From the NCBI GenBank assembly GCA_030829985.1, contig JAURNW010000011.1, positions 79,086 to 143,085 of the forward strand: 64,000 nucleotides of DNA, given 5' to 3'. This DNA comes from Gammaproteobacteria bacterium (GTDB lineage Bacteria; Pseudomonadota; Gammaproteobacteria; Eutrophobiales; Eutrophobiaceae). The notes below the pieces were generated by a model. The model was not told where the DNA came from. It saw nothing but the letters and a program-made list of their open reading frames with translations, and did not search any database. The position numbers and the translations under genes are program-made. Numbering within the stretch: position 1 is the stretch's first letter; the number at the start of each line of letters is the position of its first letter. Positions 10,213 through 19,920 of this stretch are shown here, one piece after another.

Positions 10213-10809
10213 TCATTGGATTTTCCAGTCTTGTATGACTAACTTAACCCGAATGTCTTCACTCTCAACAACTAGTTTTTCAGGCAATGAAAAACCTTCG
10301 TGATCTATATAACGTGTGATACTGACATCGAAACCAGACTGTTTAATGTGCGTAAGCCGACCTTGTTCATCAAGTAAAAGAGCACTGAAGCTGATATAGG
10401 GTTCAGGCATTCCGCGTATCCAATACTTTAATCCATTAAGATGTAGTTTCCAGCCGAGTTGTTCATACAATAATTGTTCTGCTGTCCGCGCCATTGTGAA
10501 TTTATTGTCGGGACCCTGCATAATCACACCATCACGCGTACCTTTTAAAATATAAGTGCCTTGCCCTAGCGGTGCGATAACACGTAATTCATAGTTGGCA
10601 AAAGACTGATTCCAGAGTAACGTCGCAGTACCACTATCTTTCTCATTCTTTACTGCCAATCGGCCATTGATATTCCAGGAAGTGATAGTGTTTATCTTTA
10701 GCTGGTGCTCTAACCAAAGTTGTGGTTTTAAATCTGCGGCTATCCTTGGCGCAGAACTACATGCGCCTAGCAGAGGAGCTGCCAGTATCAATGCTAAAAG
10801 TCGAATCAC
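10213..10809 (-). CDS. lolB: outer-membrane lipoprotein LolB
   Basis: Lipobox LLGAC at the N-terminus, about 198 aa, and the conserved position between ispE and a TPR protein. Confidence 0.8.
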   Translation of the reverse strand: MIRLLALILAAPLLGACSSAPRIAADLKPQLWLEHQLKINTITSWNINGRLAVKNEKDSGTATLLWNQSFANYELRVIAPLGQGTYILKGTRDGVIMQGPDNKFTMARTAEQLLYEQLGWKLHLNGLKYWIRGMPEPYISFSALLLDEQGRLTHIKQSGFDVSITRYIDHEGFSLPEKLVVESEDIRVKLVIQDWKIQ

Positions 10810-12608
10810 GGTTTAAATCGTTTGATGACATCCAGTAAACGATCATCAGCTGGCGTATCCTTCAGTGCAGTATCCCAGATTTCTTTCGCTGCCTGTTTAT
10901 CTCCCATCACCCAAAGGACTTCTCCAAGGTGTGCGGCAATTTCAGGATAATTTCTCATCTCAAGCGCCTTTTGTAAATATTTGACTGCTTCGTCCAATCG
11001 TCCGAGACGGTATAACACCCAACCCATACTATCTAATATATAAAAATCACCCGGGCTTAGTTCATATGCGCGTTTTATATAACCATAAGCTTCTTCATAT
11101 CTATCTGTTCGGTCTGCCAGGGTATAACCCAGGGCATTTAATGCGGTAGCATTATTTGCATCTTCCTCGATTATTTTTGTAAGGTCATTTTCAAGAATAT
11201 CAATCTGTCCCATCTTCTCGGCTAGCATAGCCCGGGAATAAAGAATATCAGGGTGGCTTTGTTGCTCGATGGCTTTGTCGAAAATATCCATCGCTTCCTG
11301 ATAGCGTTTTGCGTTGATGAGTATTTCACCTTCAGCCTGAATAAGTATCAGTCGATTCGTATCTGCATTTTGTATGGCTCGAATATTTTCCAGTGCTTTA
11401 TCAACATTGCCTTGCTTGGCCAGAATAAGACTCATCCTAATTCGTGCATCAAGGTAATTCTCACCGCCATTAACACCCTGATATAAATCACTCGCTTTTT
11501 CCAGTTCATCCCTTTCTTCAGCTATGCGACCCAAATAATAGTTGGAATCAAACACACGTTTTTTGAGCTTACCTAAACGTAAGAAATATTTTTCAGCATC
11601 ATCAAATTGATTTGTTTGCAAATAGAGCAAACCGAGTGCATAGAGGACATCAACATTATTAGGGCCTTGTACAGACAGAATTTCAAATTGACGTCGGGCA
11701 TCATCGAATCGCTTTGTCTCAGTCAATAAACGGGCATAGGCCATCCGCAAATTAAAATCATCTTCCTTGTTTTTTAGTGTTGCTTCTGTCCATTCCAATG
11801 CCCTATTTGTCTCACCCTTCTTCTGCAATAAAGAGAGATATGTCATAGCGGCTGCATCATTACCCGGTTTCAATTCAAGTACGCGTTCCAGTAAGTCCTC
11901 GGAACGATCCAAATCACCCATACGCGCAGTAACATGCGCAAAGGCAAACATGGCGTCAGGATCATCCATATGGTTTTCCATCAATCGCTCCATCAATTGT
12001 AAAACCGCAGCTTGATCCTCTTCACGACCAAGAAAATTCGCAATCATCCAGAGCTTTTGGTCGAAATTGCCCTTAGACGCTCCCAGAACGATCTCGAGAT
12101 GGCCTAAAGCTTGCTCAATATTGCCCTGACGCAGGGTCATAACTGTCAGAACCTGATGAGCATCAGGACTCTCAGGATCTACCTCAACCCAAAGAGTAGC
12201 CGCTTCATAGGCAGACTCATCATTACGCGCATAAATAGAGATTCGGGTTGCTCGTTCAATTACGAGAGGATCACGTGTGGATCTGGCAAGATCCAGATAA
12301 TTATCAACTGCGATATCTATTTTACCGCGCTGACCCGCTATTTCTGCCAACAGAATTTTAAAAAGAATGTCTTCAGTAAGCTCAATCTTTGGACGTTTCG
12401 GTAATACTCTTTCAGGTTCAGGCTCCGGCTCGACAACAGCTATTGGTTCAATAGTATTCGGCTCTATAGCGGGTTCAACGCTATCTTGAGGCAGTGTGGT
12501 ACAAGCACCCAATAATAAAAACAGCAAAATTACCGGCAAACTGCTTAGAACTTTATTAATTGAATATCGAAACATGATGTTATTTAACAATTCTCTATTT
12601 TTGATCAT
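10806..12608 (-). CDS. TPR-repeat lipoprotein
   Basis: Signal peptide with lipobox LLLGAC. Multiple TPR-like repeats (ALxxxGxxDxAxxxYxxAL) run throughout the 600 aa. The 3' end overlaps lolB by 4 nt. Confidence 0.75.
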   Translation of the reverse strand: MIKNRELLNNIMFRYSINKVLSSLPVILLFLLLGACTTLPQDSVEPAIEPNTIEPIAVVEPEPEPERVLPKRPKIELTEDILFKILLAEIAGQRGKIDIAVDNYLDLARSTRDPLVIERATRISIYARNDESAYEAATLWVEVDPESPDAHQVLTVMTLRQGNIEQALGHLEIVLGASKGNFDQKLWMIANFLGREEDQAAVLQLMERLMENHMDDPDAMFAFAHVTARMGDLDRSEDLLERVLELKPGNDAAAMTYLSLLQKKGETNRALEWTEATLKNKEDDFNLRMAYARLLTETKRFDDARRQFEILSVQGPNNVDVLYALGLLYLQTNQFDDAEKYFLRLGKLKKRVFDSNYYLGRIAEERDELEKASDLYQGVNGGENYLDARIRMSLILAKQGNVDKALENIRAIQNADTNRLILIQAEGEILINAKRYQEAMDIFDKAIEQQSHPDILYSRAMLAEKMGQIDILENDLTKIIEEDANNATALNALGYTLADRTDRYEEAYGYIKRAYELSPGDFYILDSMGWVLYRLGRLDEAVKYLQKALEMRNYPEIAAHLGEVLWVMGDKQAAKEIWDTALKDTPADDRLLDVIKRFKP

Positions 12609-12832
12609 TTTGTCAGATCAGGGCTAAAAATAATACTGCGTATGGTTTATCAAGTAGTTATTAAGATAAACTTACTATACTTGATTCAATCCTGGTTCAT
12701 TTGTTCAGTCAGGCCAGACAATCAATATTTTATGTCCAGATAATTGAAAACAATAATTAATCTGATTTTTCTTGTATTCATCCACAGCATGGCACAGAAT
12801 TTTCATATAGATATCATTTAATTACCAATACC

Positions 12833-14113
12833 ATGACACTTATTGCCTACGGAATTAACCACGCGACCGCACCGATTGAAGTTCGGGAAAAAGTTAGCTT
12901 TGGGAATGATATCGTGTCTGAAGCCCTGCATGAGCTGAAGCACCAGAATGGGGTGCATGAAGCCGCTATACTCTCCACCTGTAATCGTACTGAAATTTAT
13001 TGTAGTGTCGATCAACAGGACAGCCATAATCCGATAGCGTGGCTACACAATTTTCATGGTATGAAACAGGATCTGCTGCGGCCCTTCTTATACAAACACC
13101 CGGATCAAAATGCGGTACGGCATATGTTACGAGTGGCTAGCGGTCTCGATTCGATGGTCTTGGGTGAAACTCAGGTTTTAGGTCAGTTAAAACAAGCTTA
13201 CCAAAGTGCGATCAGCGCGGGTAGTATCGGTCATCAGTTAAACCGTTTGTTCCAACATTCTTTCCATGTTGCAAAAGAAGTAAGAAGTAATACGGCTATA
13301 GGTAATCATCCAGTCTCGGTAGCTTATGCAGCGGTTCGTCTGGCACAACAGATCTTTGGTGATTTAAAAGGCCAAACCGCACTATTGATCGGTGCCGGTG
13401 AAACAATTGAGCTAGCCGCTAAACACCTATATGAAAATGGTCTAACACGCATGATTATTGCGAACCGAACATTGGAACGTTCGCAACGACTGGCAAATGA
13501 ATATTCTGTTTATGCAATTCAGATTGGTGATATTCCCAAACATCTGGCAGAAGCCGACATCGTCATTTCATCTACTGCCAGTCAATTACCTATTCTTGGT
13601 AAAGGTGCGGTTGAAAGTGCAATTAAAGCCAGAAAACATAAGCCCATGTTTATGGTTGATATCGCGGTGCCACGCGATATCGAAGTTGAAGTCGGCGATA
13701 TGGATGATGTTTATCTATATAGTGTCGATGATTTAAAAAACATGGTGCAGGAGAATCTTAAAAACCGGCAAGCGGCTGCAATACAGGCAGAAAAAATTAT
13801 TGATACTCAAGCTCAAGAGTTTATGGATTGGTTACATTCACTCGATGCAGTATCAACTATTCGAGCATTACGCGGACAAGCCGAGCAGATACAGGAAGAT
13901 GTTATCCAAAGAGGATTAACGAAACTGCGAAATGGTGCCGATCCGGAAACTATTCTAATAGAGACTGCCAGAAGTCTGACAAATAAATTAATGCATGTAC
14001 CCAGCTCCAGATTAAGAAACGCCAGCACTCAAAACAGAGACGATTTATTACAGGCTGCCGAAGAGTTATATAACCTCAAACAAAGTTCCATCCCTGAAGA
14101 TAAAGAACAGTAG
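12833..14113 (+). CDS. hemA: glutamyl-tRNA reductase
   Basis: MTLIAYGINHATAPIEVREK and the active-site STCNRTE motif identify HemA. An NAD(P)-binding GAGE motif is present. Confidence 0.95.
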   Translation: MTLIAYGINHATAPIEVREKVSFGNDIVSEALHELKHQNGVHEAAILSTCNRTEIYCSVDQQDSHNPIAWLHNFHGMKQDLLRPFLYKHPDQNAVRHMLRVASGLDSMVLGETQVLGQLKQAYQSAISAGSIGHQLNRLFQHSFHVAKEVRSNTAIGNHPVSVAYAAVRLAQQIFGDLKGQTALLIGAGETIELAAKHLYENGLTRMIIANRTLERSQRLANEYSVYAIQIGDIPKHLAEADIVISSTASQLPILGKGAVESAIKARKHKPMFMVDIAVPRDIEVEVGDMDDVYLYSVDDLKNMVQENLKNRQAAAIQAEKIIDTQAQEFMDWLHSLDAVSTIRALRGQAEQIQEDVIQRGLTKLRNGADPETILIETARSLTNKLMHVPSSRLRNASTQNRDDLLQAAEELYNLKQSSIPEDKEQ

Positions 14114-14187
14114 CTACTTCAAAAGCTACCAGTAAAATAAATCGCCGGGTCAGGCATGAATTTCAATATCTATTACACTAATTAATT

Positions 14188-15267
14188 ATGAAAGAATCAT
14201 TACATTTAAAACTCGAAAAATTATTAGACAGACAGGAAGAACTGGACGGTTTACTTTCCGATCCAGACGTCATTAATAACCAAAATAAATTTCGCGAGCT
14301 ATCGCAGGAATATGCTGAAGTACGTCCTATCGTCAGTTGCTTTAATGAATATCGAAAAACATCTGCAGATATTAAAAATGCAACGGAGATGTTAAAAGAC
14401 AGTGACAAGGAAATGCAGGAACTTGCTAATGAAGAACTTAAAGAAGCTGAAGCAAGACACGAACATCTGGAAAGTGAATTACAACTATTACTGTTGCCTA
14501 AAGATCCAGCTGATAACAGTAACATCTTTCTTGAAATACGTGCGGGTACCGGCGGCGAAGAAGCAGCATTGTTTGCCGGTGACTTGATGCGTATGTATAC
14601 CCGTTACGCTGAAACAAGAGGTTGGAAGATTGAGCATATCAGTGCGGCTGAGAGTGATCTGGAGGGTTATAAAGAAGTCATTATGCGCATCATCGGTGAA
14701 GGGGCCTATTCAAGACTGAAGTTCGAATCTGGCGCACATCGCGTACAACGTGTACCCGAGACTGAATCACAAGGTCGTATACATACTTCAGCATGCACAG
14801 TTGCAATATTGCCGGAAGCTGATGAGGTTAATGAGGTTACTATCAACCCGGCTGATCTTCGCATTGATACGTTTCGTGCTTCTGGCGCTGGCGGGCAACA
14901 TGTTAATAAAACTGATTCCGCAATCCGTATTACCCACATTCCGACCAATACTGTGATTGAATGTCAGGATGAACGTTCGCAGCATAAAAACAAGGCACGT
15001 GCGATGTCATTATTACAAGCCAAGCTTCTTAGCAGTGAACGTGATAAACAACAAAGCGAACAAGCGGAAAATCGACGCAATCTGGTCGGCAGCGGCGATC
15101 GTTCTGAACGTATTCGCACCTATAACTTTCCGCAAGGCCGCGTCACCGACCATAGAATTAACTTAACCCTTTATCAACTCGATGAATTTCTGGAAGGTAA
15201 TGTTGATATGATAATTGATCCCCTGATCAGTGAATATCAGGCCGATTTACTTGCTTCAATAAATTAA
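14188..15267 (+). CDS. prfA: peptide chain release factor 1
   Basis: GGQ motif ([19 protein letters not shown]) and the RF1-type domain. The hemA-prfA-prmC order is conserved. Confidence 0.95.
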   Translation: MKESLHLKLEKLLDRQEELDGLLSDPDVINNQNKFRELSQEYAEVRPIVSCFNEYRKTSADIKNATEMLKDSDKEMQELANEELKEAEARHEHLESELQLLLLPKDPADNSNIFLEIRAGTGGEEAALFAGDLMRMYTRYAETRGWKIEHISAAESDLEGYKEVIMRIIGEGAYSRLKFESGAHRVQRVPETESQGRIHTSACTVAILPEADEVNEVTINPADLRIDTFRASGAGGQHVNKTDSAIRITHIPTNTVIECQDERSQHKNKARAMSLLQAKLLSSERDKQQSEQAENRRNLVGSGDRSERIRTYNFPQGRVTDHRINLTLYQLDEFLEGNVDMIIDPLISEYQADLLASIN

Positions 15268-15295
15268 TAACCGATTAACAAAACTAATTAACCTT

Positions 15296-16132
15296 ATGCA
15301 AATCGTTGATGCGCTCAAGCATGCAAGACGACAACTATCATTATCAGATAGTGCAAGAATAGATGCAGAAAGTTTACTATGTTCAATACTGAGATGTGAG
15401 CGCAGCAAACTTTACGCATATCCGGAACAAGTATTACGCGATGAAGAACTGGATGCATTTAATGAATTGCTTGTGCTACGCGCCGAAGGACATCCTGTCG
15501 CTCACCTGACCGGCCAAAAAGAATTCTGGTCACTCGACTTAAAGGTAAGTCATGACGCCTTGATACCAAGGCCTGAAACTGAATTATTAGTCGAGACCGC
15601 ATTGGCACTGATTCCCGAAGATAAACAAACAAAACTACTGGAACTAGGCACTGGTACAGGTGCCATCTCAATAGCTATCGCATCTGAACGCAACAGAATA
15701 AATATAACGGCAACGGATTTAAGTGAAAAAGCACTAATCCTCGCAGAAGAGAATGCAAGCTTGCACCTCCTCAACAATATTATTTTTAAAAAAGCCGATT
15801 GGTTCACCTTCCCGGACATCGATAGATATGATCTGATCATCAGTAACCCGCCTTATATTTGTACTAATGACCCACATCTGAAACGGGGTGATGTGCAGTT
15901 TGAACCGATAAGCGCATTAGTGTCCGGAACAGATGGTCTGGAAGATATTCGAATTATTATTCAACAAGCGCAACACTATTTGAATGCCCGGGGTTGGTTG
16001 TTGCTGGAACATGGATATAATCAAGCTGCACAGATCAGGCAACTATTGATTGATAACGGCTATACGGCAAATGCTACAGTTAAAGACTATAGTGGAATAG
16101 AACGGGTCAGTATGGGACAACTCGCGAACTGA
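15296..16132 (+). CDS. prmC: release-factor glutamine N5-methyltransferase PrmC/HemK
   Basis: NPPY motif (IISNPPYI) and the SAM-binding LELGTGTGAIS motif. Confidence 0.9.
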   Translation: MQIVDALKHARRQLSLSDSARIDAESLLCSILRCERSKLYAYPEQVLRDEELDAFNELLVLRAEGHPVAHLTGQKEFWSLDLKVSHDALIPRPETELLVETALALIPEDKQTKLLELGTGTGAISIAIASERNRINITATDLSEKALILAEENASLHLLNNIIFKKADWFTFPDIDRYDLIISNPPYICTNDPHLKRGDVQFEPISALVSGTDGLEDIRIIIQQAQHYLNARGWLLLEHGYNQAAQIRQLLIDNGYTANATVKDYSGIERVSMGQLAN

Positions 16133-16163
16133 GCAAGAACAACAAACCTGAATGAGTTAACTT

Positions 16164-16910
16164 ATGAACGACGAACAACTCCTGAGATACAGCCGCCAAA
16201 TGATGCTGCCTGAGATCGATGCTGCGGGTCAGGAGAAACTCAGCGAATCACGAGTATTAATCGTCGGCCTGGGTGGATTGGGCTCACCCGTTTCAATCTA
16301 TCTGGCCAGTGCCGGTGTGGGTAATATAGTACTGGTCGATTTCGATAAAGTTGATATCAGCAATCTGCAACGACAAATAGTACATACAACGCCAGACATT
16401 GGCCGTCTAAAGATCGACTCTGCAAAAGAACATCTGCAGGCTATCAACCCGGACGTTAAAATTGATTGTATTGATCATGCATTGGAAGCAAAAGAACTGG
16501 TCAACGAGGCAACAAAAGCAGATGTAATCGTTGATGCTTCCGATAATTTTCAAACGCGATTCGCTTTGAATGAAGCCTCTGTAAAAACAAAAACACCTCT
16601 GGTCTCAGGTGCGGCTATTCGATTTGAGGGTCAGGTTACTGTTTTTGATCCGCGGGATGAGACATCACCCTGCTATCGCTGTCTATACGGTGATGATGTT
16701 GCTACTCAGGAGACCTGCACTGCTAATGGTGTGATAGCACCACTATTAGGAATTATTGGGAGTATACAGGCGAATGAAACCTTGAAGTTATTAATGGGTA
16801 TTGGCGAGACCTTGCAAGGAAAGTTGTTATTGCTTGATTCACTCTATATGGATCTGAATCAGGCTATACTGAAAAAAGATCCGGCCTGCCCTGTTTGCAA
16901 CATATCCTGA
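16164..16910 (+). CDS. moeB: molybdopterin-synthase adenylyltransferase MoeB (ThiF family)
   Basis: ThiF/MoeB nucleotide-binding VLIVGLGGLGSP, two CxxC pairs (CYRC, CPVC), and position after prmC. Confidence 0.85.
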   Translation: MNDEQLLRYSRQMMLPEIDAAGQEKLSESRVLIVGLGGLGSPVSIYLASAGVGNIVLVDFDKVDISNLQRQIVHTTPDIGRLKIDSAKEHLQAINPDVKIDCIDHALEAKELVNEATKADVIVDASDNFQTRFALNEASVKTKTPLVSGAAIRFEGQVTVFDPRDETSPCYRCLYGDDVATQETCTANGVIAPLLGIIGSIQANETLKLLMGIGETLQGKLLLLDSLYMDLNQAILKKDPACPVCNIS

Positions 16911-17010
16911 TCTAATTACCCGCTTATTCATCAATTACTATTTATAAAGTCTCAATGCTGCGATAATACAAATTTGAGATTGACTAATATTACAGCGAGT
17001 TAATAAGCAG

Positions 17011-18375
17011 ATGATAGAATTTGATCCTCTTGTCCTTGCCCGTATCCAGTTCGCACTGAATATTAGCTTTCATATTTTATTCCCTACTATTTCGATTGGC
17101 CTGTGCTGGATACTGCTATTCTTTCGAACCCGTTTTACCATGTCCGGTGATAAAAGCTGGGAATTTGCCTATAACTTCTGGGTAAAGATCTTTGCGCTTA
17201 CGTTCGCATTAGGCGTGGTATCAGGTATCACCATGAGTTTTCAGTTTGGTACCAATTGGCCGGGTTATATGACCAGGGTTGGCAATATTGCCGGGCCACT
17301 ACTCGGTTTTGAAGTTCTCACCGCGTTTTTTCTTGAGGCCTCTTTTCTCGGCATAATGCTCTTCGGCAAAAACCGGGTTTCAAACCGCTTACATCTCACC
17401 TCCTGTTCACTGGTAGCAATCGGCACATCGCTTTCAGCTTTCTGGATTCTTAGTCTAAATTCATGGATGCAGACACCCGCTGGCTATTTGATTGAAGATG
17501 GCGTGTTTATCGTTGAGAACTGGTGGGACGTTGTCTTTAATCCTTCATTCCCCTATCGCATGGCACATATGTTTGTCGCGTCATTGCTAACCAGTGCGTT
17601 TCTCATTATAGGTGTTAGTGCCTGGCGTATTAGAAGCAAAGTCGATGGCCCGGCAACCAAGAAAGTCATGTTAACGGGTGTTGTCCTGGCTGCCGTCTTG
17701 GCACCATTGCAGATCGTCATTGGTGACTTTCATGGTCTAAATACACTGGAACACCAACCAGCCAAGATCGCAGCGATAGAAGCAATTTGGGAAACCGAAC
17801 AAGGAGCAGCATTGACCCTGTTTGGTTTTCCTGATGAAACGGAGAAAAAAACTCACTGGGCCATCAAGGTACCCAAAATGGCGAGTTTGATCCTCACCCA
17901 TGAGCTTGATGGTGAATTAAAAGGCCTCGACGAATTTGAAGGAACACATCCACCGGTTGCTACCGTATTCTGGGCATTTCGAATCATGGTGGGTATCGGC
18001 AGTTTGATGTTACTGGTCTCATGGTGGGCATGCTGGGTATTACTACGCGGCAAGGAGCCAGGTAAACCATTACTCGCGGTCATGTCTTACATGGCCTTCT
18101 CTGGTTGGATTGCGGTGCTTGCCGGTTGGTATGTTACTGAAGTGGGCCGCCAACCGTGGATCGTTTATGGTGCAATCAGAACCAGTGAGATAGTCGCAGA
18201 TCACCCTGCCGCAACACTCATGGGCACCTTATTTGGCTATGGCTTTATTTATGTCTTCTTATTGTTCTCCTATATTGGCGCGGTTCGCTACCTGGCAACA
18301 AAGCCGGCGCAGTCCTTAACCACGCCACAGGAATATCCTAAAGGTTCATCATCATTATCTGGAGGAGATTACTAA
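17011..18375 (+). CDS. cioA: cytochrome bd-type quinol oxidase subunit I (short Q-loop, CioA-like)
   Basis: N-terminus FALNISFHILFPTISIGL with the conserved His, and a 454-aa length with no long Q-loop. This is typical of cyanide-insensitive CioA/CydA. Confidence 0.9.
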   Translation: MIEFDPLVLARIQFALNISFHILFPTISIGLCWILLFFRTRFTMSGDKSWEFAYNFWVKIFALTFALGVVSGITMSFQFGTNWPGYMTRVGNIAGPLLGFEVLTAFFLEASFLGIMLFGKNRVSNRLHLTSCSLVAIGTSLSAFWILSLNSWMQTPAGYLIEDGVFIVENWWDVVFNPSFPYRMAHMFVASLLTSAFLIIGVSAWRIRSKVDGPATKKVMLTGVVLAAVLAPLQIVIGDFHGLNTLEHQPAKIAAIEAIWETEQGAALTLFGFPDETEKKTHWAIKVPKMASLILTHELDGELKGLDEFEGTHPPVATVFWAFRIMVGIGSLMLLVSWWACWVLLRGKEPGKPLLAVMSYMAFSGWIAVLAGWYVTEVGRQPWIVYGAIRTSEIVADHPAATLMGTLFGYGFIYVFLLFSYIGAVRYLATKPAQSLTTPQEYPKGSSSLSGGDY

Positions 18376-19367
18376 TGGAATACTGGTTACCGGTTTTTTT
18401 TGCCGCAGCAATGGGTTTTGCCATGCTCGTTTATGTGGTCCTCGATGGTTACGATTTGGGCGTAGGCATGTTGCTACCCGCGGCAAGCGAAGAAGAAAAA
18501 GACATGATGATCGCTTCGATTGGTCCTTTCTGGGATGCAAATGAAACCTGGATTGTGCTTGGTGTTGGCGTGTTGTTAATCGCATTTCCCAAAGCACATG
18601 GCTTGATACTTACCTCACTTTATCTACCTGTTACGATCATGCTCATGGGTTTAATCCTGAGAGGTGTATCGTTCGACTTTAGAGTGAAAGCACAGGACTC
18701 ACATAAAACAATGTGGAATACATTATTCTTTATGGGTTCTTTGATTGCCGCAGCTTCACAAGGCTGGATGTTGGGCTCGTATGTAACGGGATTATTAAAT
18801 ACGCCTATGAGCTGGCTGTTTTCTTTTTTAATTGCATTAAGCTTACCTGCACTTTATATCATGCTGGGGGCAGCATGGTTGCTGATGAAGACAGAAGGAG
18901 ATTTATTCCTGAAATCGATTACCTGGGCAAAGAAAGCAATCCTTCCAGTAGGCCTTGGTTTACTCCTGATCTCGATCGCAACACCTATCGTCAGTGCAGA
19001 GATTGCAGCAAAATGGTTTAGCATGCCGAACATCATCATCCTGTTACCCATACCTCTTTTCTGCCTAATCTTATATGCAGGCATTCTTTGGTTACTGCGT
19101 AATGACAGTATGCTTAAGGCCGGTTATTCGTGGCTGATATTTGTCGCTCTGGTCTTAATCTGCTTGTTATCCGCATTCGGATTGGCATTTAGTATCTTCC
19201 CGGACATCGTCATCGGTAAAATGGATATCTGGGAAGCTGCATCATCTGTAGCAGCACTGAAAGTTATCTTTGTTGGAACCGTGATTACCTTACCAGCGAT
19301 TATCGGTTACTCGATCTTTATCTATAAAATATTTCACGGCAAGGCAACGCACCTGAGTTACGAGTAA
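18375..19367 (+). CDS. cioB: cytochrome bd-type quinol oxidase subunit II
   Basis: Polytopic 330-aa membrane protein starting MEYWLPVFFAAAMGFAMLVYVVLDGYDLGVG (CydB signature). Its ATG overlaps the cioA stop. Confidence 0.85.
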   Translation: MEYWLPVFFAAAMGFAMLVYVVLDGYDLGVGMLLPAASEEEKDMMIASIGPFWDANETWIVLGVGVLLIAFPKAHGLILTSLYLPVTIMLMGLILRGVSFDFRVKAQDSHKTMWNTLFFMGSLIAAASQGWMLGSYVTGLLNTPMSWLFSFLIALSLPALYIMLGAAWLLMKTEGDLFLKSITWAKKAILPVGLGLLLISIATPIVSAEIAAKWFSMPNIIILLPIPLFCLILYAGILWLLRNDSMLKAGYSWLIFVALVLICLLSAFGLAFSIFPDIVIGKMDIWEAASSVAALKVIFVGTVITLPAIIGYSIFIYKIFHGKATHLSYE

Positions 19368-19390
19368 ACAGTTATATTTTTAACTTTAGC

Positions 19391-19819
19391 TTATTCAACT
19401 GTAATCGTTATTTTTTCAGACAAGACTGGTTTGTCGTGCGGGACATGTGCGAAATTACCCAATAACAATTGCAGGGTATGTTTGCCCGGAATCAAGGTTA
19501 ATTCCGTTTCAGTTTGTCCGCCACCGAAGTGTTTGATGTGATCTGTAGCAGGCAATGGCATATTCATGTCTGGCAGTTCTGTTGTATCAATCAAGAGGTG
19601 ATGGTGCCCGGTATTTTCCTTTTCAGTACCTGCCGGTGCAACGCCCATACCGGAGAGACCAAACACTACTTTGAAATTTTGCGACACCGTTTGGCCATCT
19701 GTTGGTGTAATAATATAAGCATTCGCATTTTCGGGAGAGGTTGATTTAATTGATTCGGCACTGAATGCACTGGTCATCATTGCCAAACACAATATTGAAG
19801 TAACTATTAATTTATTCAT
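19391..19819 (-). CDS. small secreted protein (possibly DUF4399-like)
   Basis: Signal peptide MNKLIVTSILCLAMMTSAFSA, 142 aa, and a His-rich HHHLLID motif. Function unknown. Confidence 0.35.
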   Translation of the reverse strand: MNKLIVTSILCLAMMTSAFSAESIKSTSPENANAYIITPTDGQTVSQNFKVVFGLSGMGVAPAGTEKENTGHHHLLIDTTELPDMNMPLPATDHIKHFGGGQTETELTLIPGKHTLQLLLGNFAHVPHDKPVLSEKITITVE

Positions 19820-19920
19820 GTAATGCTCCCTTAATTATTGATTGTTGCTTGATATTTCGAGTATTAATACAACCCGCAGTTAATCCTGTTGCTCAGGATC
19901 TGAGCTCTATTAGTATAGTT

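Noticed and set aside
16911-17010. A search for an ANR/FNR box (TTGAT-N4-ATCAA) upstream of cioA.
   Set aside because: Only a half-site-like TTCATCAAT was found, with no convincing dyad, so no regulatory feature was called.
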